Below, one piece after another: positions 1 through 12,563 of a stretch of 64,000 bases of DNA; the first letter of the stretch is position 1; each line of letters begins with the position of its first letter. Both the position numbers and the translations under genes were made by a program. The stretch lies in assembly GCA_030248215.1 (NCBI GenBank), contig JASANG010003130.1:62001-126000 (forward strand), written 5' to 3'. The notes under the pieces are model-generated. The model was given only the letters and a program-made list of their open reading frames with translations, had not been told where the DNA came from and did not search any database. The DNA is from Enoplolaimus lenunculus (lineage: Eukaryota).

Positions 1-2000
1 TGTGAGAACTCGGGTTAAAAATCTCACAAAACTCACAAAATATTTCAAATTTTCTAACGTTTATTCCAAACGAAGTTCTTAGCGCTGGCATCCTGCTTCC
101 AGGCCCCACCGCTTGCATGCGCCGTTCTGATAAATGTTATATAAAAGTTTTTCATGTAACACTTAAATAAAAAATTGCGTATATAGTACAATGTAACAGC
201 GCAGTGTTGGCGTGTTGGTTTCGTTTTTAGGAAGTGACAGCTGAACACGAAATTCGAATTGGAGCCGAAATGGGGGCGATCAGATACTTTTTTCTCCACA
301 TTTACGCTTTTGGTTAAGAAAAGGCTCTGCTGAGGTACTAAAGTAGCCGTTGAGGCAATTAAACGTTAATTTTCAATTTTTGAGAGACGAGCACTTTCGG
401 ATGTCTGGTGAGCTACTCAGGCCTAGCCCTAAACAGTTATTTGAACCAAACTTTTGTATTTTTTATTACGCTTAAAATAAACTTTCAATGAATGTTTGAT
501 TTTATTTGTTTGCAAAGTATGAGGAGTTAATATACTCAAAAATTAGACAAATTTGGTCAACTGAATACCTTCATGTCGTCTTGAAATATCGAATTGGTTG
601 CGGCACCCACAATTTGTTATCTAAGTTAAGAATTGGTAGAATTTTATTTAACCATTCAACAAGTACCTATGAAATAAAATGAAATTGCGACATTTTTAAG
701 TTTTTTTGGTTCCCAAAAATACGCGCTACCCAAAATGGCTCATAAAATGGGATACACCAACAATTCTTTCAATTGTGTCTGCTCCAGGAAAATTGGTCCG
801 CCTAGCAAAAACTATCAGCTTTCAACGAGATTAACGGTCACAACAAAGTAAACTTTCTATGAATGTTTGATATATTCGTTGGCAAGGTGTGATAAGTTCT
901 TGTTTTTTATTGCACAATTCAATACATGTATCTATTGTTGATAAATATCTATTTTATTTTATTAACAATATTAGCAGATAGCACATGCTGATTTTTACGT
1001 AGGCCCAAGAGCTCGCCTGCGCTTCAGTCTAAGCGCGCTTCCCGGCTAGACTATTACCGGACTTTGTTTCTGTTTCCTCGAATCTCAGACGTTCACTGAT
1101 GAATTCCCAGATTTTACCGGACGCGGACACCCTGCATGTACGTTAATAGTTTGATTTTCCGTTTAATAGTTTTTAATTAGAAAATTAAAAATTACCGCGA
1201 AAAAATTGTTAACTGTTTGAGCGAGTGTTTTTGTTCCTATTCTAAAGGACTGACAAAGTAGGACAATCATTTGTGCTTCTAAGTTAGTAGTGGCATCCGC
1301 AGAATATTAGATTTTGGGTGGGGACTAAATAATTTTCGCAGGCCCTACAATTACAGTTGAAGATATCACAATCTCGCCGAAACTATTTGAGGGGCACCTG
1401 TTGGATTTTGGGGCGCGGCCCCTAATGGTCACCAGTCAGGACGCCAATGTTAGTTAAATAAAATTGAACATAAAATCATTATATACAAAGTTTGGTTGGT
1501 ATGTTGGTAGAGAAGCGCACTAGTATATACAAACTTAAAAAAATTTTGATATTAGTTATGATATTGACGTGCTATATAACGCACTTTAATACATATGCAA
1601 TACGTTACTCTTTGCAATATACAAAGTTATGTATCGAATTTTAGGTGAAGTACAACAGGAGCAGGCCCGCAGACGGGAATACTTAGGTCTTAGCTTAGGT
1701 TTATGATCAGTTATATAGATCTATACGCTGTGTGTATACTTACGCTAGAAGACTTAGGCTTCGGCTTAAGCAAACCTAAATAAGCCTAAGCCTATCTTAA
1801 GCCTAAACGTCAATGGTGTTCCCACGTGGGCCTTGGAGGAACGTGCCCTTCTCAATTTGGCTGATGTCCCCAAATATGCCCCCCAAATGTATTAAATTTT
1901 TTTAGACGCCCCTGGATATTACAATGTCTGACCGAGTTTATTTGGGGGCACCAAAAGAAGATGGGGGCTATTTAATGACACCCGTAAAGACGCCCTAACG

Positions 2001-2159
2001 CACGACCGTAGCCAGCTCACCTTGCTAAGGGGGGCTTAAATTTTTCAGGAGGGGCATACAAGGGTTTTTGTTGACTTACAACAAGCTTGAAAATTTTTTA
2101 GGAAACAGCAAAATTTTGCCAAGGAGATAGAGACCTCTGCCCCCCTTGCTACGGGCCCG
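2001..2159. mobile_element. hAT-like MITE family A (~160 bp; consensus TIR CAGGCCCGTAGCCAG...CTGGCTACGGGCCTG)
   Basis: Matches the family core GCCAGCTCACCTTGCTAG...CAGGAGGGGCATACAAGGG. Degenerate neighbours at ~2390-2550 and ~3281-3416. Confidence 0.75.
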
Positions 2160-3417
2160 CCATAGCGGCATATACTTCTTGTTAAAATCAACATATTAAC
2201 CGCTGGTCTCAGATTTTTATTGACTTTGTAAAATGTTTTGCGTCCGTCGTGTTCCCATAACGCTAAGTTCTACGCTTTTGATATACCGCTACGTAGGTAG
2301 TATATAAAAAATATATATGAAAAAATTGTTAACTGTTGGAGCAAGTTTCCTACTTGCGATTCCGAAAAAAATTATTTTCATTTAGTCCTAAGGCTCTTTA
2401 GCCATCTACCTTGCTAGGGGGTTGAACATATTTCAGGAGGGCATGCAAGTTGTAATGTTTGACAATTTTAAAGAAATATTGAAAATTTTTTATTTGGCGG
2501 GAGGACAAAATTCTTCCAGGGGAAGCTCAGTATCCCTCTGGCTACACGCTAAGTTAAATTTCGCAAACCTTTTAACACACGTATATACTTGACATGCACA
2601 CCAGACTGCATTTTTATTTCATAAGAAATATAGTGCGTGTACGTATAGTTTTTATACGCAACCAAATCTTTGGGCACTAGAAAACATTTCAAAATCAATA
2701 TATGCAGTAGAATGGGGGTTCAGGTGTCAGTCAACCTATGCGATTTTTCTTCCGGGTTTTAACCAAATTTCTGTGGGGCTAATTGTTCGAAGCGAACTTT
2801 TACAAAATTAAATATAAAATATTTTCTGACAAGGACGCATACTCCCCTCGCCCCCACCAGAATCCGCTAGTGGTTTGCTGTGTTAAATTTCACACATCCA
2901 TATCAGATTGCAAAAACACATAATTGTACCTAAATGCAGGGTTCCAATCGGAATTAAATTTTGTCGGAAACGAAATTGAAATCAAATTTTTTGTCGGTGA
3001 TGGTTTCCAAAAAGGTCGAAAATTTTCTAAAGGGTAAGCGAAAAATTCTTCCAGAGGCAGCTCAGTTGCCCTCTGGCTACACATAAAAACAAAAAATTGT
3101 GTTCTATAAAGTTTTGTTTTTATATAACAAACACACTTCTATATGCGAAACATCAAATGAAAATAGCGCAACATAGTATATTTCACTGGCGGAACCAACA
3201 AGGGTCTGTGCCAGCAGAAATTTTGAAAATTGCATCATTTTCGGACATTTATCGAATTTTTTAGGTGATGTGCAACAGAAGCAGGTCCGTAGCCAGTTCA
3301 CACAAGAGATAAAGTGTTTTTCAAGAGGAACACAGCAAGGTAAAATTTTTTTGGGGGGCTGGATACTCTTCCAAAGGAAAATCAGACACCGTCTCCCTCT
3401 GACTACGAACGCCGGGT

Positions 3418-3949
3418 GAACCGTCAACTGAAACTCTTTATACAACGACGACTGTCAACTGAAGATTAAAATGTAGACGGCAACCGTCAATTTAAAATTT
3501 AAAACTAGACGGCAACCGTAAATTGAAAATTAACCGTTAGTCCGCAACCGTCAATTGAAAATTAAACTTTAGACGGCAACCGTCAATTGAAAAACAGTTT
3601 AGACAGCAACCGTCAATTGAAAATAAAACTTTAGACGGCAATCGTCAACCAGGAATCAATCTTTTAAAGCAACCGTCAATCTGAATGCTAAACTTAAATA
3701 GCAGCCGTCAACAGGTACTTGTGAGGCATACAGCAACCGTCAATGGGTTTGCAAGTTTTGTAGTAAGTGTCAACCGATAGCAAGATCGGAATCGCCATTG
3801 ACGACTGCCCTCTAAATTTTGGCGCAAACCTTGAAAATAATTCAAGATTTGCAAAATTTTAAACAGTAGCCGTCAACGGAAAAATTTTGACAGTAGCCGT
3901 CCACGCGATCTCGTTTTTGAAACTAGTAGTCGCCAACCGTCAATTGACG
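3418..3949 (+). repeat. Minisatellite, ~31-32 bp unit (GACGGCAACCGTCAATTGAAAATTAAACTTTA), about 15 degenerate copies
   Basis: CCGTCAA recurs at about 3421, 3484, 3548, 3580, 3610, 3673, 3704, 3737, 3870 and 3937. Confidence 0.85.
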
Positions 3950-5053
3950 TTTCGAAAATCCACACAGCGTACGCACGTTATTGTGGACGACGCATAACTA
4001 AGCGTTTAGCTACAGAATTGCTACAAAATAGTGTTCATAGGTTAGTTTTTTCTCCAAGAATGCAAATTTTTATGCTAAACAATGCTGTGTTCTGTAAAAT
4101 TTCCATAAATGTTATTGAAAATTAGCCAAAACTCACCTAATCTACACCGTTCAATTAGTCTACTTTTCCACATACAATTTTTTTTGAAAAGTTGTTTACC
4201 AGCGTCATAAAAGGCTTTTATAGTATTGCGTAGAACAGCAAAATTCGAATAAAAGAATTTGGTCAACTTTCAAATTGGGTGAAGCTGTTTATGCTGTAAG
4301 CTAATCATTTTAGGTGAAGGTTATAAAATTAATGGAATTGCACTGTTTTACACGTGAAATCACAGTCGTTATGTCGTTTTCAGCTAACAAGTTATATATC
4401 TTCTATTAAAGGAATTAAATCAATGTTCGTTTAAAGCAGCTTAATTTATGCTACAGCATACTTCTTGATGAATTGTAAATTTCATAGAAATTAACACTCG
4501 AAACTCAATCGTTTAACATATTTCTTATGTAAAACTCTTGTTAGAATTAATTTCTAATCCAGGGCTCCTGTATGCTTCCTCAACAGGCTTTGGCGGAGAG
4601 TTGGACTTAGGTTTAGCAAAACGGTCGCCGAAGCTCATGTCTAAACCTTAACCTTAGCATAAGCCTAAAGCTTGACCTTTATATGTGGGGGAATGTGTAC
4701 ACGAACGTAATTCTGGCTTTAACGGGGGTAGATAGAGTATCCTTCATTTATAAACCTATAAATATGAGCAGGTACCTGGAACTGGCATCAGAACCGTTAA
4801 TTAGTTTCGAACTTTGCTTCACATTGCATAGTCAGAATTAGAAGATAATAAATGTTATATATTCGGACAATATCGATTAATCTGACAAAAGCAGAAATCT
4901 TTAAAAGTTATTTCTTGCTTTTGCAACCTAGCTATTGTTTAGGAAATTTTTGAAATTTGTGTTGAATTTATATATATGCATTTTTTGAGCTAAACAAACC
5001 GAGTTTAAATTTTCAATAAAATAATCTGTTGAAAACGTTACAGTTAACATTAA

Positions 5054-5330
5054 ACCCTAGTCACACGTGCACATTTTTGCTGCGAGAACTTGCAGCTGCA
5101 ACTTGCACTTGCAAATTTTGTTCAATTCCCGTTCGAAAAACTTGGTGCTGCAAATAATTATTCATTAAAAATCATAGCTAGCAATTTGGTTAACATGTGT
5201 GAATAACCATGCAAGTTCACTGAATTTATATTGCAGCCGCTTTCTCATTAGCTGTTGAAAAAATGCAAGTTCTGCGTGCAATTTGCAGCTGCAAGTTTTC
5301 GCAGCGAAAACTTACACGCGTGAACAGGGC
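5054..5330. mobile_element. TTAA-flanked palindromic MITE
   Basis: TTAA at 5050-5053 and 5331-5334. Imperfect ~50-bp TIRs (CCCTAGTCACACGTG...TTGCAGCTGCAA / TTGCAGCTGCAA...CACGCGTGAACAGGG). Related left end at ~36358. Confidence 0.7.
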
Positions 5331-6596
5331 TTAAGAAATAGTTTTACTGTCCGCAAATATGTTTCAGAAGAATTCATAGTTTAGACACGGCTTCAGACGC
5401 GAATGTTCGTCGACAGTTTTCCAGGTTGCATCAAATGGCATTGTTCGTCTCGCATGTCGCTCATATGCTAGACAAATTGTGAATTTATTATTTCTCATGT
5501 ATTTAGGCACAGATAACAAGGTTATTATATTTAGTGACAACAGGTCCGGTTATAACCCATTATATTCACAGTTTACTTCACTGTTGGTTTCACAAATGTT
5601 TCTACATTATGAAGTTAAACCTAAATATTTGGATTTTAAAAAACCTTACGATCAAGCGAATTGTTTTTTGTTCTGAACTTAAGTGACATTTGTAAACGAA
5701 CTTATTCTGGAACACAGTTCGTCTTTGATTTTTTTACAATGGCATATGAAACCTCGCGAGCGGGAAGCCAAATTACATTTTACTTGCCTTTTTTAATAAA
5801 ATTTTCTTTTCTATGTCTTGGCTTGTTATGTAAAATTTGCTGGCTGCCAAAATTGAAGGTCGCCTAACGGCAGCTTTGTCATTGCTTTAATAATTGCTGT
5901 ATTCTACACCGCTTACAGCTGCAGTTTGGATTGTACAATACTGTAGCGGACTGGTATGGTATATTTGAAGAGCTGATGCAATCATAGGGACACGGTAGTG
6001 TCACTATTATATGTTTCTTCCAAAAGTGTTCACGTCTCTCTTATGTTTCGATCAAAAGTCTATTATTTCTACTATTATATATACAAACGTATGTCATTCA
6101 AGATCATGGTAACCGGTGTTCATTCGCTATATTTAAAGAAAATTTGTCGAAGTATTAAACGTAAACCTTTTCATAAGATCGGAACCGCAAAATTTCGCAT
6201 TGGTATTTGGATTAAAATCTTGTCGCAAGGTGTTCTACAGAGTCGTATATTGTAACAATCCAATTTCTTATGTGCTACATAAGTTACCTCAACCATATAC
6301 GTTAAGCTATTTATTTAACGAAAATACTATTGTTTAGGACGTATATATGCGAAACATGTTGAGTGGACAATTACGAAAAACATTGGCTTATATGATTACA
6401 AATTAGTAATAACATAGCTAGTTTTGGTGAAGGTACGGTAGATCGACCCCCTAGAAACTGTAAGATTATGTGATTTTCCGACGTATTTGAGGCAGCTGAT
6501 TTCAAATCTGTTATTTATATTCTTGTAGGGCCGCTGGTTAAAAAATAGTCGCTTTCAAAGTCTCAGCCCATTTTGTAAACAAAAACACCGGTCAAG

Positions 6597-6680
6597 TGCA
6601 CCTGTGGCTGAGTGGTATGATGTTCACATACCACGGCGTGTTTTCAGCTTTTGGGTCGCAGGTTCAAGTCCAAGTGGGGG
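6597..6680 (+). repeat. tRNA-derived (SINE-like) sequence
   Basis: A-box TGGCTGAGTGG and B-box GGTTCAAGTCC. No clean cloverleaf. Confidence 0.5.
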
Positions 6681-8097
6681 AACAAAAATTGAAATTTTAT
6701 GTGATTATGTGATTTTCCGACGATTTGAGGCAGCAATTCAAAACCGGTAATAAAACCCTGCAGGGCCCTGGTAAAAAAAAGCCCCTCCAAGCCCGCCCCC
6801 CAAAACACACAAAAAAAAAACCCCCACCGCCGGGGCGGGGACCACGGCGTTTTTTCAGCTTTTGGGTCGCGGGTTCCAGTCGTACTGGGGGAACTAAAAA
6901 TTGAAATTTTATGTGTATTTTTACCAAGGCGCGTTTTTGAAAACGTAGACGTAACATCAAGCTGTCGAAAACTGTTTGAGAGCGAAGTCGAACGCTAATT
7001 TAATGCTGAATCTTTATAATGCAAAACCTTTCTCTTGATTCAAGTTGTGGTGGTTCATTCCGGAGTGGCACCCACTGCATCCGCCAGTGGTATGAGAGAC
7101 ACTTTTTATTTAATTCGTAGTAGGTGCCTAGATTTTACATTCGCGTGGGTTTTTTTTTCTAAACCTAGATTTACATTTAAGCTCAAAGTTTACGCGTAAA
7201 GTACAGATGTCAGTTTTGATTTACTGCTCGATGTATTATTGGTAGCACCAAGTTGAGCACTGAAATGTCCAAAACTCGGTTTAGAATATTTGAAGAAATT
7301 TTGACGTGCAAAATTAACACCATTAATTTAATAAGATTCCCAAAGAAAACAGTCTCTTTCAAAAACGTGACGCTCGAACACAGCGGGCTCTCATTATAGT
7401 ATGAACCGGCCCAGATTTTTCAGGCCCACGCCCGGCCGCCTTAGTTTTTCGTTTTCGAAAAGAAAACTAGAATAAGTTACAAAGCATACCTTATAGTTGC
7501 GGATTCGCAGTTTTGACTGGGGATGGAATTGCATTATTAGAATTTCTTGCACAATTAAGAGGAAACGAACAAAAGTGTGTTTAAAACAATTTTCCACGTC
7601 CGCATGTTGATGCAAATGCGTATTCAGCATCTTTCACAAAATATTTGTTGCAGCCATAATTTTAAATGCTGCGCATTCCAATTATATATTTAACGCAATT
7701 CATGTGTGCAATACAAAATTGAAAGTATCAGAATCAGTATTCTTCCAAAATACCGATTACAATACCGATACCGATGTATTGGTTCTACACTACTATGCAG
7801 CATAAAATCAGTTTTCACTAGAGCAAGTACTTATCAATTGTATTGATTTTCTATTTGAATTCAAACAATTTATATGAATTAAAATATATTAGCATTATAA
7901 ATTGAGCGAGTTACCTAATAAATAAAAATGAAATTAGGAAAGCGCGACTTTTGTGATTGTGAAAATGTAGTTTTTAATTTTCATGGAAATATAGCTTAAC
8001 ATTTCTAAAACAATTATAACGTGAGTATATATGACTTTAAATTTGACTTTTTCGCACTTAAGGTAAATTTACATCAAATTTCTTCCTAAAGCTTAGA

Positions 8098-9280
8098 AAC
8101 TAGAATGAAAAGTGCCCCGATGTGGCCATAGAAAACGATATGTTTCGATAGTAAGATTTTTAGTTCAATACCGCTAGTATTACAATTTCCATGCATGCGT
8201 ATAAAGTTTAAAAACTAGATTAATTTGATGCCAATCAGCGTCCTCCCGAAACACGACACAACAATACTATAGAATTAATAAAAGTTAAATCATTGAGTTT
8301 GATTGACTGCGTAACGGAAACATATCCGCAACTTTTTCGGAGAAAAGTCACAATAGATAGTAAAGTGTCCTGACGAGGCTATAGAAAACGATAACGCATC
8401 AAGTTTTGGAGCTGTATAAATTTTGTACCGTACAGTGCCCTCTCCATACTTGGCTAAACGGTACCCAGATTTTAAACTTTTAAAACATTAAAATATTTGA
8501 GTGAGTACGTAGCGAAACAATATTTGCAACTTTGCTGACGAAATCTGCGTTGTATTCCAATGACGGCCAATGTAAAGATCAGGGGCGGAACGTTTTTCTG
8601 CGGGACTAGAATGGAATAAGCTTAAGGTTTAGATTAATTTTTTGCTTGGCTTAGGCTTAGGATTATGCTCATTCTTACGCTTAGGTTTAGGCTTAGGAAT
8701 ATGCTCATGCTAACGCTTATGCTTAGGCTTAGGATTAGGAATATGCTTATAATACTGATCCGCTCCTGTTCTTTACATTGAGCCAATTGACGAACAAACA
8801 CGTTTTTAATATTGGGTCACCAGCATTTTACGCTTAATTTCTACTTATATATTCTTTTTGAAACCCAAAATTTTTCTGCATATATTCGAAACTTCAGTGT
8901 ACTAAGTGCAAGAAACTAATGTCACGAGTGTGTACTCAAACTTTTTACATCAACCATAATTCGTCATTTATATTCTAGTATTTATTTCTCGTTTTAATAT
9001 TTCGAAACAGTGGATCACATGTCTATTTGGCCGCTGTCAGAGAAAGTTGCGGATATGTTTCCGTTACGCAGTCAATCAAACTCAATGATTTAACTTTTAT
9101 TAATTCTATAGTATTGTTGTGTCGTGTTTCGGGAGGACGCTGATTGGCATCAAATTAATCTAGTTTTTAAACTTTATACGCATGCATGGAAATTGTAATA
9201 CTAGCGGTATTGAACTAAAAATCTTACTATCGAAACATATCGTTTTCTATGGCCACATCGGGGCACTTTTCATTCTAGTT
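8098..9280. repeat. 238-bp inverted repeat (8098-8335 / 9043-9280) with a 707-bp spacer
   Basis: The arms read as exact reverse complements by eye. Confidence 0.9.
8565..8784 (+). mobile_element. TTAGGC-bearing MITE (family T)
   Basis: TIR GGCCAATGTAAAGATCAGGGGCGGA ... TCCGCTCCTGTTCTTTACATTG, with internal TTAGGC blocks. Confidence 0.8.
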
Positions 9281-10256
9281 ATTTAATGTGCAGCTCGTAC
9301 TAATGTCGATCAGAGTTTTCAGCTTTTCCGCGTATCTGTTAACGTTTTGTTATTAAAACACGAAATTCTACCGTTTATTTTGATGATTTTATACTTCATT
9401 TCAATAGGAGAGACGCATTATTTAACAAAACGCTTTGGTTTTGATGACGTTCGTCACCCGTACGGCACCGTCTGTCACCCGTCGATCAAAGTTTCAGGTG
9501 CACTGATTTACTTAGTTTTGTGGCCCTAGTTATTTTAGGATAGTCATGTTTTTCGGCACAACTACAATAGAGTAGGATTCGATTATAGACTATTTTTTGC
9601 GTAGGCTTTTGATTAGCACTTATTTTTACACATAGTGTTATTGCTTAGGCTTTAGAATATGCTTAATTTAAAGTTTCGTCTCTAAAAGTAACATTTGGTT
9701 TGATTCGATATACCAAACGTTTTTGCTGCTGGTTTTTCCTGCTTCCGTGATAGAGTAGAATTGGTGGCACACGCAATTTTTTTTGCTTAATTTTAGTCAC
9801 GATGTTTTTGCTGATGAATTCTATTTCATTAATCTTAAAATGATTGCTGTAAATATAGTATATATTAATTCTGTTCTTCATAGTTGATCCAACATTCTTA
9901 ACTGTGTAACGCCTAATTTTGAACTAAACTTTTGATTAAATTCATGCAACGATGAAACTACAAATCCTGTCAGAAGATTTTTAGCCAAACACAAACCAAG
10001 AAGTCTGTGGTCAGCCTGCTAAAAACTGCCATATTTTGGACATCTGACACTTTTGAAGTGTATAGCCCTATGCTTGTCATGTGTTGTTAAATAGTCAAGT
10101 AAATTATCTTAATACCGTTTTGACATCAGATTTAGCATAGCACTTTTGTTGAAGCACAAGTACTTCAGGTTTTTTATTTTTTCAGTTTTCTCCAGAAAAA
10201 ACAGTTTTTCCGGCCGATTTATTTTTTTAAACCAACTTTGTTTTGTACCTAGTGAG

Positions 10257-10461
10257 GGCCAATGTATAGAACAGGGCCGGAACAGTTGTATAAACACATT
10301 CCTAATCCTAAGCCTAAGCCTGATCCTAAGCCTAAACGTAAGGATGAGCCTATTCCTGAGTCTAAGCCTAAGCCTAAACCTAAGCGAAAAAGTTAGTCTA
10401 AAGCTTACCCTTTATTACAGCCCCGCCGGAAAACAATCCGGCCCTGTTCTATACTTGGGCC
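10257..10461 (-). mobile_element. TTAGGC-bearing MITE (family T)
   Basis: TIRs GGCCAATGTATAGAACAGGGCCGGA / TCCGGCCCTGTTCTATACTTGGGCC. GCCTAA blocks. TSD ctagtgag/ttagtgtg. Confidence 0.85.
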
Positions 10462-11032
10462 TTAGTGTGCTGCGTAGGCTCGGAGTGGATGGCTATCGAA
10501 CCTTGCTTCTCAGGCACCAAGGGCGGGCAGTAAACGTGAGATTGTGGCTGTCGCTCATAGTACTCGTACAATACTTTTCGGTTCGTAAACTCTTATTTGG
10601 TAACACGAATGCTGAATTGGGTACTTGATACCAACAGCATAAACCTTCGCTTGTGTGCAACGTTGAACACTATATATTTGTTAAAGTTGATTGTAATATG
10701 GAAACTAAAAGCTTCGCTTCCCATAACAGTTTGGGCCTATGTTACTTTTAGTTGCGTCCAGGTTTCTGGTCAGTCTGTGAAAGAAGATTTAGATTCTAGA
10801 TTACATTTTATGCTTAGGTTTAGGCTTAGACTTAGGAACACACTTTTGCAACCTTAGGCTTAGGCTTAAGCATAGGAAAACGCTTAATCTACTGTTACGC
10901 CCCGAACAGTAACATTGGCCATAGTTTGAGTGCAAAAAATAAAAAAATCAATTTGTAAAAGTACCACCCAAACTAATGTTCGGTAGTTTTGTGTTTTGAA
11001 TACAAGAATTTAGGAGCGATACATTTTATCCC

Positions 11033-11476
11033 TACTGTAGCGACCCAAATAAGAGGGTGGACTGATATTTATTTGGCCTCTCCGGTGATACCCCTTGTTA
11101 TTCACTAAAGGACTGTTGTTTATTTTAACCCACGCTCCACCACCATTCGTTATAGATGTATGTCCGGTACTGCAATTATGAGTTGAATTAGACGTTTATT
11201 TTTCTTGTATCAAAAGCTTGAGCGCAATGTAAGATTATACTTAGGAATGTAGTTTCAAAACATAAGTTTGCTTTAAAGTTTCGAACTCAGCTTTATTTGG
11301 GCCTGGAGGTATTTATGCACTACAATTAGGGATAATTGACATTTATGGACTCTAATTAGTGTTTAGGGACTCTACCCGCTTACGGATCATATTAGGGATA
11401 CAGACTTGTATTGATTGGGACTCAAAACGGGGACCTCCCTCTTAATATTCGACACCCTCTTAATCGGCATATAGTA
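11033..11476. mobile_element. TA-flanked ~430-bp MITE family D (TIR TACTGTAGTGACCCGAATAAGAGG)
   Basis: Same internal sequence at 31715-32128, 32904-33331 (inverted) and 35042-35208. Confidence 0.75.
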
Positions 11477-12401
11477 GTGTTTTCGGTTTTGTCGTAGCTT
11501 CCATTGACTTCGGTCACAAACACTTTCGTAATAAAAGTTGTGCCTTTCCGCGAGTTCACCAGTGACTTTAAAGCAATTTTGAAAGTTTAATTTAACCGAT
11601 CATTGTCAAAAAATGAACTTTACACCAAAATTTTTAGCAACATTTATAGATTATTGTTTAAATTAGCGAATTATACTCCGTTTTTGTTGCTAAATTTTTT
11701 TTGCGTCCCCACGATCACTGGCTTCGGCTCAGCCAACGTTTGTTGGTCTGCGGTTACAGTTTTTGTCATATTCGGTTGGGGTCACACTTGCCCTGCACTC
11801 TATTAATGCGTTTCAGAAAATTGCTGAAAAGTTATGGGTAACTGTAGAGCATTTTTTGCAAATGAAATAAATTGAGAAACAAAGATGAATGTGGTGAATT
11901 ATTGAAAATGAGCATATTCAAACTAAATTGTAGAAGTATTACGCTTGGACCGCCCAAAAAATCGTCGCGCTGTCTATTCATTCAGTAACAAATTATTTCA
12001 AGTGAATTGCAATATATTTAAAATTTGAGTTCGTACTTCAACGGCGGTCTCTGCTCGTTTATCGTTGAAAAATAGTTTGAAAATAAAACTTAATTTACGG
12101 CGAGAACAAAAAATTACAAAACTGCATCATTTATACCAACAACACAAATACCGAGTGTATTTCAGCACGCTTTTTACTGAAATCAGCTACGGTCTTAAAA
12201 TTCGCAAAACCGAAAATATTAACACATCGGGTAACCAGTGATAGACAGGCGTGGCCTAAGGTGTATACCATATATTATATGTTGGCCAAATATAAATATA
12301 TTACCCACAATTCGAGGGGTCTTTGAGGGTTATTTTGGTTCTGCGTAAAACTCTTTCTCTCAAAACATTTCAGTTTTTAATATATACAGCTTGCGGTTCA
12401 T

Positions 12402-12563
12402 CGGGCCCGTAGCTCGCTCATCTTGCTAGGGGGTTAAAAAATTTTCAGGAGGGGCATACAAAGGTTTTCGTTTACTTGCAAGCAAGGTTGAAACTTTTCT
12501 ACGGGGCCACAATTGTTCCAACGATGGCTTAGCCTTGACCCCTGCCCGCTGACTACGGGCCCG
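12402..12563. mobile_element. hAT-like MITE family A
   Basis: TIR CGGGCCCGTAG/CTACGGGCCCG. 8-bp TSD cggttcat/cggttaat. Confidence 0.85.

Noticed and set aside
3418..3949. CRISPR-like look (palindromic repeat ending in ATTGAAA)
   Set aside because: The linkers are only ~11 bp and resemble each other, the repeats decay, there are no cas genes, and the context is eukaryotic. It is a minisatellite.
10146..10628. 160-aa ORF and other LSLSL/LRLRL ORFs (20311, 26578, 38273, 38464, 38715)
   Set aside because: They are read-throughs of TTAGGC/GCCTAA repeats in family T MITEs.
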